The notes below the pieces were generated by a model, which did no database searches, was not told the DNA's origin, and saw nothing but the letters and a program-made list of their open reading frames with translations. A program made the translations under genes and the position numbers. Of a stretch of DNA of 64,000 nucleotides, positions 41,711 through 54,467 are shown in pieces (the stretch's first letter is position 1; each line of letters opens with the position of its first letter). Where the stretch lies: contig JBHGNT010000003.1 in the NCBI GenBank assembly GCA_043228905.1, positions 7,130,001 to 7,194,000 of the forward strand. The letters run 5' to 3'. Source of the stretch: Azolla caroliniana (lineage: Eukaryota; Plantae; Polypodiophyta).

Positions 41711-44700
41711 GCGTGCCAGAACTACGAGGTTCTGGTAGAAGATAAGCGTGTGGGAAAGGCCAGAGGTGCCGGGCCCTCACAACGATACGAGACCCGGTTC
41801 GGGTAGAAGCAAAACGATGCCGGTAACCTCGGCGCACCAGACAAAACAAAGCGGGCCGGTTACCGGCTGAGCACGGAGATCGAGAGGACAACGAACCTGC
41901 GGAAGGTCCTCGAAGAACGAATCCTCGACAGCAAGGTGGAGTTGTTGCTGAGGGAGGTTCTTAGGATCGCCAAGAAGGAGTTCCACGATTCCATCGTGGA
42001 CTTGGTGAAGCGGAAACGGCTCTCGACGGAGTCGGAACCAGAGAAGCCAGCGGAGGTGTGAACCACGCACCTGGAGGACATGGCCCTGGAAGACGAGTTG
42101 GCGGAAAGCCACTATTCGAGTTCGCACTGGGCCAGGGCCACTACGGAGACCCCTATCCGGATCGGGGACGTCCAGGAGCCTGTGGTGGCATTGATAGACC
42201 ACGGCTCGGAGATCAACCTGATGTCCATGGACTTCTATAGAAAGGGGAACTGGTTGATCAACACCAAGCACGACTGGAAAATACGCATGGCGACCCGTGC
42301 TACGGAGGAGTTGCACGGGGCATGTCCGAATGTACACGTCAAGATCGGCGACGTCGAGATCGATCAACACTTTTTTGTGCAGGAGACGTCCTCGCACCCG
42401 GTGATACTCGGCGAGCCATACATTACAGTGGCGCGTATGGAGACAAGGGTGTTGGATAATGGTTCGGCATACGCGCGCTTAAAGAGCCAAGATGAACGGC
42501 ACTCCATCCAATTCCTGACCGTACGACCAAACCATGAGCGGAACCGCGAAACCCTCAACAGCGGCGAACGAGGGGATTTTAGAGAGGGCTATCAAGGCAT
42601 GGGGCCGCGATAGTCCGAACACCCCGAAGGATCCCCACACCTGTACCATAGGTAGGAAATTTCGGTTCTCCAACAATGGAGGTTGTACTATAGCTGACAT
42701 CAGCAGCCGGGAGAAGAAGCGGGTAGAGGAACGACTCAGGACATGCAGAGTCCTCGACCCCGATGAGGAAATTAGTGGCATCGTGGAGGCAGTCTCTTTC
42801 GACGACACCCTCGGGGAAATCGGTAAGGTGATCGAAGAAGGCCTCAGTGAAGAGCGGATGATTCCGGTTAACTCGATGGGAATGTACGAAGTCATTGCCG
42901 ACTTCGGGGAAAGGGTCAGGTCGGATCGAACGGCCTGCGTGGATAAAAGGTACAAGACTGTGGACCGGAAGGTGAGGCCAGTTGCGGCACCCTTGCCGAA
43001 GGGCAGCGAGGAACGAATAAAGGGGGTCGGGGGGAACCCAAGTTTGTGAAATCCAGCCGGCATAGGACACCGGTTCACCGACATAACGCTACGAGAGCTC
43101 AGGGTCGGTGGGGGTGGCTTCCTACTGCCGGCGGAAGAGGAGAGGTTTTGGGGAATGCTCAGAAGGCATGGGAAGGCCTTCGCATTCACGTCGGGGGAGA
43201 TCGGGTGCGTGGACCCGATGATCGTGGAACCAATGGTGATCTTCACGATACCGCATGTGCCGCGGAATCTCAAGCCAATTCCAGTACCTAGAGCTCACAT
43301 CCCAGAGTTGGTGAAGCTGGTGAAACAGAAGGTGGAAATGGGCATCCTCGAGCCGTCGAGTGCCCCATATTCGAACCAGTGGTTTATGGTGCCAAAGAAG
43401 AACGGCATGCTGCGCTTCATTCAGGACCTGCAACCGATCAATAAAGTGACCATTCGAAATGCATGTATCGGGCCGACCATTGACGAGTTTGCAGAGGCCT
43501 TCGCCGAAAGGTCAATCTATTCGGTCGGGGATCTATACTCGGGGTACGACCAGTTCCAACTAGCCGTGGAGAGCAGGGATATTACGACGATGCGGACTCT
43601 TCTCGGCCTAGTACGGATGTGTACCTTGCCACAAGGAGGGACCAACTCGGTGGCGCACATGGTGAACGCCATGAACAAAGTGCAAGGGACTGCATCCCAG
43701 ACATCACCATGCCGTTTTTGGACGACATACCGATAAAGGGATGTCCGGTGGAAGAGAAGGATGAGTCAGTTGCACAGGACAGTTGCCGAAGGTTTGTTGC
43801 GGACCACATCAAAGACTGCGAGAAGGTGCTACAAAGGCTTGAGAAGGCGCGGCTCACCTTCTTCGGAGAGAAGTCACCTTTCGGGCAGTCGGAGATCCTG
43901 GTAGTCAGGCACTTGTGCGGGCCTTATGGCCGGAAACCGTCTCCAATGAAGGTGGAGGCCATCTCCGCGATGAAGGACGAATGTAGGTCGGTTACAGAGG
44001 TCCGAAGGTTCTTGGGGGTGAGTGCGTTCTATCACATCTGGGTTCCGCACTACGCTCACTTCGCGGAACCACTCTACGCGTAAGTTCAAATGGGACGAGG
44101 AGCATATTGAGTCGATCCGGAGACTGAAGGAGGCGCTTACTACGGCACCGGCTCTCCGAAAAGCGGTTTACGGCAAGGAGGTCCCAATCTACGTAACCGT
44201 AGATACGAGCCTGACCGGGATAGGATGGGTGGTCAATCAAGAGGACGCGAGTGGCACGCGGTTCCCGATCCGGTTCGGGGTGAAGGTTCTCAATGAGCGA
44301 TAGCAAGGATACGCACAAGTTAAGCGCGAACTGTGGGGTATCGTTTCGGCAGTCAAGGCCAACAAGGACTATGTAATTGGGACGGAAGTAATAATCGAGA
44401 CGGACTGCCTACCGATTCTCGATATGGTTTCCGGATGTGCGACTCCGGACTTGGCAATGCTTAGGTGGATCGCGTACATCAAGTCTCAAAATCCGGAGAT
44501 ACGACACATCTCCGGTAAAGACAACACCATGGCCGATATGCTTTCAAGAGCACGGTTTGACGACGAAGACGCGGTATGGTTTCGGAGAATGAAGAGATTG
44601 GCGAGGACTTCTTCGAGTCGGCTTGCATAGTGGCGAGGGCTGGGAGCACTCTGGTGCTTAACGAGTTCGACGAGAGCAAGTACAAAGGGGAGTGGCTCCA

Positions 44701-46098
44701 GATCGGTGGGTTCCTGAAGACGATGACACCAGGAGCGGCGTGGAAAAGGGAAGAGGCTAACCAAATCAGGAAGAAAGCGTATCGATTCTTCCTGCGAGAC
44801 GAGAGCATATGGAAGTACCCGAAGAAGCGAAACGGAGTCCCGCTCCGGGTGGTGGCAAGGAAGGAGGAGCAAGAAGCATTGCTAACGGCGTACCACGAGA
44901 GTCCTTGGGTTGGGCACCGGGGGACATGGGCCAAGTTCGAGAAGCTAAAGGAGAAGTACTGGTGATCGGGACTATACCAAGACGTGCATCGGTTCGTAAC
45001 AACTTGCGAAAGTTGTCAGATGCATTCCATAGTCCGACATCGGGACGAGCTGCACCCGACTTACCCACCGACCGTCCACTTCAAGTGGATGGTGGATCTG
45101 GTGACGATGTCGATGGGGGTAGGGCAGATGCGGTACCTAGTGCTGGCACGAGAAGATCTGACGAACCAAGTGGAGGGCCGAGCATTACCGAACAAAACGA
45201 CCACGGCCGTATGCCAGTTCCTAATCGAGGAGGTGGTGTGTCAGTACAGGTGCGTAGGGAAGATCGTAGCGGACCGCGGGGAACTGGATGCACAGGAGGC
45301 CGAAGAGCTGTTTGGACGGTTAGGAGTTAAACTCTCGCTCACTACGGTGTACAATCCGGAGGCAAACGGGAAGGTGGAACGCAGACACGGTCCGATCGTA
45401 AAGGCGTTGGTACGGGCCTACGGAGGCTAGGTTGGGAATTGGCCGCGGCTCCTACCGTACGCACTATGGGCAGACCGGACGACACATAGTTCAATGACCA
45501 GGTACATGGCGGCGGAGCTGATGTACGGGTAGAAACCGGTCATGTCGATGGAACGAACAATTTCCTCGTGGGCAATGGTAGATTGGAGGAACGAGATGAG
45601 CCGGGAAGAGCTATTGGCGGCGCGGATTCGACAACTCAAGCGAAGACCGGAGGACGTGGAGAGGGCAAAGACAAAGCTACAAACGGCGAGGGAGAGGAAC
45701 AAAGGCCGGTTCGACCGGACACACCGGCTGCGGCCAAAGAAGATCGAGGAAGGCAACTGGGTGTTGGTGTACGACAGCAGCCTCGACAACCAACATAGGG
45801 CAACGCACAAATTCATGAGGAGGTGGTTCGGACCCTACGTCGTAACGAGCACGAATGACAACGGGACATATTATCTTGTGGAGCTCGACGGGATGCGATT
45901 AACAGTACCGGTAGCCGGGAAACGGGTCAAGGCGTTCAAGAAGCAGCATGAGGACGAGCCGGATCCGGGAAGCGTGACTGACGACGACGGCCGGTTCAAA
46001 GCAGACGAGGATTCGGGAAGTGACGGATGATTACAGGCCGATCTTCTCCGGCAATTGACTGGCACATACCGGTGGATGCGCGGTTTGGTGGGGGTGGA
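41711..46098 (+). pseudogene. Remainder of A0: gag end, protease, RT, RNase H, integrase (degenerate) and PPT
   Basis: Colinear with A1 and E, with many stops and frameshifts. PPT at 46085-46098. Confidence 0.93.
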
Positions 46099-46728
46099 TG
46101 TCATGAAGAAAACCGGCCCGAAGAGGAATCGAGGAATTAAAGGCGTGAACCCGCCCTTGCACGAGTGTGCGCGAATTGATACATTGTACATAACTAGGAA
46201 TAGGACGGGTGATGTAAATATACTAGGTGTGACATATTTATTAATTAGGAAATCGATGTGTATCTCTATCCGAAGGGACAGAGAATAATGTTGACGTGTT
46301 TTGATGTAACGGCCTACTCAGCGACCTATAAAAGGGAAGGGGAATAGGAGAAGGGTATTACGTTTTGGGAAGGGAAGGAGGAGGTGTTGTCGGATTGGGA
46401 ACTGAGCTCTCTCTTCCTCTGTCATCATTCTCTTCGGGGTTGCAACCGTTGTAATTGCCATTGTTATTGTAATAGAATCTCTTGTTTCCGTTGATCCGTG
46501 TTATCTGTGTTCAAGAAGTCTCTTCTTTCATCTCTCTCGAGTGTGCTCTTTGATTGAGTCGGTATACGCATTGGTGGTCCAATCAGCCGGTAAGTGTCGC
46601 CGGTTGTTGATAGGTCTAGCAGCCCTCGCATTGTCGCGCTCCTCACTTCCTCTTGTCTCTCTTGCTCCTCGGTTCAGGGCCCCCACGGTCCAGCCTTATT
46701 TCACACACGCACGTGTAATAACGCGACA
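46099..46728 (+). repeat. 3' LTR of A0
   Basis: TGTCATGAAGAAAACC...AACGCGACA, with TATAAAA near 46328. Confidence 0.9.
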
Positions 46729-49700
46729 CCGACATCTTCATCTTCCCCTTCTCCTTGAACATAAACCGTTTCCTCGTTTTCTAGTGTGGGGACTGCACGA
46801 CCGAGTTTCCACTACTCGTTGGCTCTTCATCCGACAGTCCTTCCAACTCAGTCGCTCATTCGGTCCACTTAGCCGAAATGAGATCGGACTTTCTTCTAGA
46901 GTTCTGATTTCCTCTTCCTCCAAAGGCATCTCGGCCTCACTGGCCTCATCCTCAAAATTCAGAATGGAGTGGATGGGGGTTGGAGGTGGAGGCAAGTACC
47001 ACAAAGCCAACTCGTCGAAAACATCTCAGCTTACTCAGACCTGTTTCGTTCGGGGGTTATAACACTTATAAGCCTTTTGCTCATCCGAGTAGTTGACCAA
47101 TATATAGTTCTCGGCTTTCATGTCTAGCTTCCTCCGCTTCTCCTTCAGCACATGCACATATGCAATGCTACTGAACATCCTCAAGTGTGCCAAATTTGGC
47201 TTCTTCCCGAAGTACAACTCGTGTGACGACACTCCTCCATTTGCAAAAATCTGATTCTGCAGGTATACCACTGTCCTAATGGCTTCAGCCTAGTAGAATT
47301 TCGGCATATGCTTTTCCTTGAGCATTGCCTTGGTTGCTTCTTCAATCTTCTGATTCTTACTTTCTTCCACACCGTTCTGCTCCGGTGAGTATCTACAAGA
47401 GAATTTGCGTGGAATTCCCTCCTATAGATAGCTAGACAATTGGTTGGAAAAGTACTATTTTCTGCCATCAGACCTTAGGCACTTGATCTTCCTGCCAGTT
47501 TCCCGTTCAGCAAGGCTCTTCACCTTCAAGAAGCAGGCAAAGACTTCGCTCTTCTTCTCAATCAACCACGCCCAAGTGTGCCAAGTGTAGTCATCGATGA
47601 AGGTTACAAAGTAACGATTTCCACTGATACTCACGTTTTGTGTCGCTCCCCATACATCCGAATGGAATAAATCGAGCTTGTTTCGGTTTCGATTTCTTTC
47701 ATTTGGGAACGAAAGTTGATGATGCTTCCCTAACTTGCAGGCTTCGCAAACTTGGCTCTTTCGGCCATTAAATTTCGGCCGAAAATGATGTTCTTTGTTT
47801 GCATTTCCCGAAGCCGCCGGAAGTGGACGTGATCGAACCTCTTGTGCCACAAGTCGATATCTTATTCGACTTTTTGCCCATTGGAGAACATAGCAGTGCC
47901 TACATCATTCCGTTCAAGGATGAACACCCTCCCTTCTCAACCCACTTGCGTGATGATTCAACCGTCTTCCTCTATGAAGCACTCGAGGTGAGTAAATCGA
48001 ACTTGCATGTCGCGGTCAACGATCTATTCGACTGACACCAAATTCTTGGTGATTGTCGGCACATGCAAGACATTTCTCATTATCCCTTTCTGGCCAACAT
48101 GACTCAAGGGGACATCTCTGATGTGTTCGATGGGGTCAGGGGTGTCATCGCCAGTTTTGATGACCCCCGGTTACTCCGACTTCTCCAGAGTCGAGAACCA
48201 CTCCTTGTGATTCTTCATGTGGTTCGTTGCAATCGAATCTACATACCACACCTCGTTCAGCCTTGAGGTGTTCACCGCCATCGATTTGGCTTTGTGCTTC
48301 ATTATGAAGGTTGGGCCCGTTTCAACCTGCCCTAACCCTTCGGCGTAGTGTGATCTCTGATGCCTATCCGCGTCACCTTGACTCAATCCGGCCTTGTCCG
48401 AATCGGCTCGCTTTCTTTGTGGCCCTTCCAGCCATAGTACCAATAGTTCGTCGCGGCCTTTACTTTCCGACCTCCGGCGTCGCCTTGACTCCCCCCTACT
48501 CGTGGAGGGTCCGCAACTGTTGTCGGCATTTTGATTATGCCTCGAGTTCTGTTATTGTCGGTCACCTCCACTGAGCACTGACCCACCTTGTCCACAACGA
48601 CCACGGGGCCTATCTTCCTCTGTGTACAACATCTTGTTGTCGGCGTGCATATTCGTTGACACACCCGAGTGGTTTTCTTCTACGAGTAACATCGATTGTA
48701 GCTCGAAAAATGAAGGTGCATTCTCCCTCATGCATGTCGCCATTCCGAACGCTCCGAACTTTGACGCCAACCCTCCGAGGCAAACCTGCACCATCTCGTC
48801 CTCCTCGACGTTCACGTCGATGGAGGCGAGGGAGTCGCATATCTCCTTGATCTTTGAGGTATAGTCAACCACCGACATCTCTCTCTGTCGAACATTGCTC
48901 AACTCCTATCTGAGTTGAAGCTTTCTGGCTGTGGTGCTCGGCGAAAATCTTCTTCATATTTCCCCAAGCATCCTTCGGCATCCTGGCATCTCGAATGTTG
49001 CTCAAAAGATGGTCGCTCACACAATATGCAAAGCAGTACAGAACTATGCTCGCCGCTTGTTCCTAGGTTGGGAAATCTTTGTGTGTCGATTCAGGTGTTG
49101 CATCATTAGCTCCTTCGACATAACTCTAGTAATCGTGCCCGGGCAGGTACCGGTGCATCTTGTACGACCAAGATGCGTAGTTGCTCCTATCGAGCTTTTC
49201 AGTCGAAAGCGAGCTTCCCATTCCTCTGTCCATGTTCCTATCTTTCCTTTTCTGAAAACAAGAACCTTGTCTCTATCTTGTTCGCTTGCTTTTCTGTCGC
49301 CCACAGAGGAGTCTCAACCCTCGCCTATGATACCATGTGAAAATATTCATGTGCGGAAGCATGTGCGATAGACACCGAATACACAATCGGTTGTTCGGAA
49401 CTCGACAGTTAGGTAAACACAGAGAATAGATATACGGTGAGTGAGAGATAGAGAGAGCAGACAACAACACTTCAATTTCAAATAATGAACACTCTATACA
49501 TACAATGTGCTCGGTGAGCACTTTTTATACAAGCCCTAACAAGCGGGTTGACACAAATACCATCAGTACTTGAATGCTCGTAAATGAGCCTAACACTAAT
49601 TCTGCCTATAATATTCCTATTTACTAAAATAGGAATATAGGCCTCCAACAGCCTACCGGAATCCTTTCGACTCGGGTCACCCGAATCGAACTCCATTCAA

Positions 49701-49763
49701 TTAGACTCTCGATTCTCAACTTCTTCAAACGATTCGGTCCTATGTTGAGTTTGTCTCTCAACA
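46729..49763 (-). mobile_element. Degenerate Ty1/copia element G (5' LTR, PBS, gag, protease, integrase), interrupted by A0; related to F
   Basis: LTR 49336-49763 (TGTTGAGAGA...CACA), PBS TGGTATCA at 49328-49335, gag like that of F, WYVDSIATNHM, FHSDVWG and FIDDY. Confidence 0.9.
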
Positions 49764-49864
49764 TAAACCCAACCTCATCTTGATGCAACCATTTCCATAC
49801 ATCCAACTCCAAAACCTCTGATGCCAATTTGTCCCAAACTGTTTCCTCAAGAGAATCCATTATT

Positions 49865-49866
<2 letters not shown>

Positions 49867-49939
<73 letters not shown>
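49867..49939. repeat. (CT)n(CA)n microsatellite
   Basis: Directly visible. Confidence 0.97.
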
Positions 49940-49940
<1 letters not shown>

Positions 49941-51218
49941 TTGAGAGAACTAAAGTTTTTATGCAAAATTAGATCAAATTATTTTATTCATAATCAAAAG
50001 CCCAAGCACATTGTCATATGAAAAATAATGGAACCTATGCATCTGATACATTATGTTATGTTTGTTTAGCATTATTTTGTCCTTAATCTTCATTGACACA
50101 TGCATGCATTATGGGTGGAACATGTATCATGATTCCTCAATTTTTGACATAGAGTTTTAGACAATGTGACAACGGCACACAATCCTAAGTGGCAAATTTG
50201 TTGATCAATATATTAAGTTAGATTAGATGGTAGCTTAACATCATTGTGATCTACACAAACAATTATTCAAGCCAACAGTGAAACACAAAGTGCATGACAT
50301 GGTCAATAACGAGGTGAAAAAAAATGGAGTTCTATTTTAGCCATTACCAACTCATAAATAGCTACAACAATTGCTTTGTAAAAAGTTGTTGAGTACGATA
50401 AATATGGATACTCTTATGAAATCAAAGGTTGGTCAAGGGAAGGGTTATTAATAAAAATGAAAGCTTTCAAACCATTCAAAACTAATGTATATCAGCTAAA
50501 TCTTGATGAATAATGAACATCACATTCCAATTAGAAAGGAAAAGTGCATGATGGTTAATATTTCCACACTATCCATGTGTAGAGAAATTTTGGGATTCAT
50601 ATCAACTCACAAAGTTACACATTGGTTGCCACCGAGTTCAAGACAATAAAAGTTAATTGCCTCTCCCTACATTCACTTAAACGACAAAAAATGTTGCATT
50701 TCATAATTTAGCACATACTTCCAATATTTGTTATGCCTTCTTTTAATTTTATTTCGATTTTCATGTTGCCAATCATGTGCTAATTAATCTTTGTTACTAA
50801 ATCATTCATTTGAATAATACTAACATAACTCTTCAAGCACAATGAGTGAACATACTTACAATAATTTGCATGAATTTAGAAGCAAGCATCAAGGTGTGAT
50901 AGGATTATGTATAGGGGGAAGGTGTGGTTCGCATTACATATTTTATACCTACAAACATACACATAGAAGGTTCATAAATAGCATGTACCCATGACCTTAA
51001 ATTCGACAAAAATAAGAAATGCTTAGATCAATTTGGCCATTTAATGTTCTTGAATGGGTGTAACATAATGTTGCTTTTAGGTTCACCTCACCTAAATTCA
51101 CCAAAAGGAAAACAAACACATTGAATAAAAGATATAGGGTTGTTTTGTTGAAATCATAACTACACGTTGAACCTAGGTATAATGCTCAACTTTAAGACAA
51201 ATGCAAATAGGGAGGTGT

Positions 51219-51409
51219 CATGCATAAAGGTAGTGGGGGTTTTTTAATTAGAAAATGGCATTACTTTAGAAATACATAAGTGTTTTACTATGAAATCTAG
51301 ACATGAATATATTGAAACAATCATGCATTACATGCATAAAGGTTATGGGGGTTTTTTAATTAGAAAATGGCATTACTTTAGAAATACATAAGTGTTTTAC
51401 TATGAAATC
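51219..51409. repeat. ~80-bp direct repeat, ~112-bp period
   Basis: CATGCATAAAGG...TTTACTATGAAATC occurs twice. Confidence 0.85.
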
Positions 51410-51429
51410 AAAAGCATGACATACAATAT

Positions 51430-52720
51430 TTTTGTTGCTGAACACACACTACCTTTCCATTTCCGTTTTACCTTGTGGTCATAGAATTCGGTACACATAT
51501 ATCCCTCCATCATTGTCAAGTAGTTCTTCATGTTTGATGTCTTTCGTGCTCGAGTTTAGCTCCACAATATAGTCTAGTTTTTCCCTTAGCTTGCAACTGC
51601 CTCCTACTAGCCCAACCATGAGGTTGGTGGATTCCTTATTACTCCTTTCCTCTACCATCCCACTAGGTTTTCCATGATACTATTCCACTAACAATTCTTC
51701 CACATGTATGGTGCATTTGTGGATTGATTATGGATTCCCTTCACACACAACGTCTTCCTCAAATCCAAATGTGTTATTGTGTACAAGCTACATCTTTGAC
51801 TTGATGATCACACATGTACTTGCTTTCAATGTTGGTCTTCTACCTTTTAATAAGAGGTAAGGTTACATCTTTGCTAGGCATTGCAAACTTTCTTGATCAT
51901 TTCTTGTGTTATCATCTTAGGACCTTTCGAAATCCTTTGGTGCCTTCCACATTCTATTATGTGTTCATTATTGGTTTCAAGCCCTTTTTCATGAACTATA
52001 CTTAGCCACATGGTTTACTATTGTAATAGCATTCTTGTACCCTATCGCATTCTCAAGTACTTTAGACTAACTCATGGGACTTTTTGTAATTTCCTCCCAA
52101 AACTTCCATCCTCAATTAGCTCTTTCATCCTTATCTTTTATTTTTTGCATAGTGCCTAGTCTTTTTGTGTATATTCATTTACTTTTTTCCTTGTAGTTCC
52201 TTTTCCCTCGTATCGTTTTCCCATCCATTTCTCCATAACACAAAATGTCCGTTATTGATATGCCCTAGAAGTTTTGAAGTGACAAAGACTACCATCAATC
52301 CTATGTGGTTGTTTTTCAATGCCTCTATCGTGATGTAGCCAAGACTTATCAGTTCAAGCCTTCCTTGTTGGTTGTGAGTCATGACCTTCTCACAACGAAT
52401 TTGGCTTCTTTCATCACATGTCATGTAAATCATTGTTTAATTCCACATATATTGGTGTTCATAATTGTATGTCTTATGAGATGTAAATGGTTGATGAACC
52501 ACTCTTATCGATTTGCAATTCACTTCATCTCCCATATATTTGTTGGATAGCATATATTTGTTGGATAGTTTTGGAGCTTGATTTCTTGGTCCAGAAGCAC
52601 TTTGATGATAACATTTGTGAGTTTGTCATAAACTTGTAAATTTGATCCACACTTAAATTCCACAGCATCATAAGGAAGCTAACAAGCTTTCAAGTCATCA
52701 AGTTATACCACTATTACCCT
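51430..52720 (-). pseudogene. Highly degraded hAT-like transposase relic
   Basis: Fragments GRLELISLG (cf. ELIRP..TRF), KFWEEI and a VLR..D..KP-like stretch occur in the expected order. Weak, by eye. Confidence 0.4.
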
Positions 52721-54135
52721 TACTCATCTTGGTGCAACCATTGTCAAGTAGTGGGAGAAGTTAGAACCTATTCACGTGATGATCAAGATCCCCCAAAAAA
52801 TTTACATTCAAAGATGGGGATTTTCCTTACTATAGAAACCATTTTTGCTACTTCTTGTTGTAGCTTGTTCTTAATTTGATATTTCCATTACACAAAAGGG
52901 TGTTGCCCCTAAAAGGATTGTTGAAGTGCTACTTTTTGAGCTTAGAATTATCAATAAGAGACTATAGGTCATGAGTACATTTCTTGAATGCCTATTGGGG
53001 CAACACCTAGAGTTGGATTGCTGGTTTTGTAATACCTCTTCCCATAAAGAGGACTTAACTTGCACTCACACACATAATATAGACAAGGGACTCCCTAGAA
53101 TGGGAAATTGTATGATGTTGCACTCTAGATCTCTCTAATGGACATATACACTTGAGGGCTTTATGCAAATGCTCACATGAAATGCCCATTTAATTACTAC
53201 AACATGGAATAGAGGGAGTCACACCTTTCAGAGTGCTAATGATTACTACAAGGGAAGCTTTCGGAGAGCCCAAGGAGAGGTTGACAATATAGTTGTTAAA
53301 AAACACGTATTCTACATGTAGGATACGTTTTAGAATACTCTGACGTATTCTACATTTTAGAACTACCAATTTATAAAATTTCACATATTCTACGTATTTA
53401 ATAAGTATTTAACATTTCAAAAAAATTTACCCATGTTCAATTGTTGTTCACATGGAACCTTTCTTGACGTTGGTCTTCAAAGTTCTCATTTGAATATTAA
53501 AAAAAACCCTTAAATGTTAAGAAGTGTTTAATGGTATTTTACATGTATTCTAAGTATTTAATGTATTTTAGCTGTAAAATAAGTATTCAAAGTATTTTAA
53601 AATAAAAGGTAGAATACTTAGCATACAAATATCCTATGCCTATTGTATGCCAAGTATTCTACAACAATGATTGACGATCCGACCTTAGAGCATTCAAGGA
53701 CTAGTTTTGTCAACGGGATGGCCGTTGCAGGACACATGCATGCAAGGGTGTATCGTTCATGCGCAACGTATGCATGCAAAGAATGTATCTTTCGATGTGT
53801 AACGCACACCATGCAGAAGAGTGCATTGCCAATGCGCGCACACAACGTATAATCATGCTAATGAAGCTTTGGAGCTCGGCTGGGGGCCGACATTGATTGA
53901 GCTCACTCAGGAAACTAGAGGGTCCAGTCTCGGTTGGGCCGGTAAAATAATAACATTGGCGGCACGAGGCAAAGGCAAACCCGGGAGAGGCAGAGAACGG
54001 TTTAGGTCGCGACCGAACCCGCGAAAACGAGCGGGATGGGAAGGTTCATGGCCGGACAAGTGTGAAACCGACTTGCCCAAAAAAAGGCTAGGGTAAAAAA
54101 CCATCACACTCTTGCAAGTTGCAGCACATACACAC

Positions 54136-54328
54136 TCTTCTCTCTCCTCTCTCTCTCTCTTCTCCCTCTCTTATCTCTGTCTCTATCTCTTCTCCCTCTC
54201 TTATATCTGTCTCTCTCTCTTCTCTCTCTCTACCCACTCTCTCTCCTCTTTATCTCTCTCTTCTCTCTGTCTCTGTCTCTCTGTCTCTCTTTCTTTCTCT
54301 CTCTCTCTGTTTATGTATGTATGTATGT

Positions 54329-54362
<34 letters not shown>
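54136..54362. repeat. CT-rich/(TATG)n/(CA)n compound microsatellite upstream of the ACP start codon
   Basis: Directly visible. Confidence 0.9.
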
Positions 54363-54364
<2 letters not shown>

Positions 54365-54467
54365 GCATCTCTGTCTCTTCTCTGTCTTTTTCTACTCTTC
54401 TGTCCGAAGCCTCTACCCCTCTCTCTGCCTCACATCTCCACCTCTCAATCCCCCCTCCTCCTTCGCC

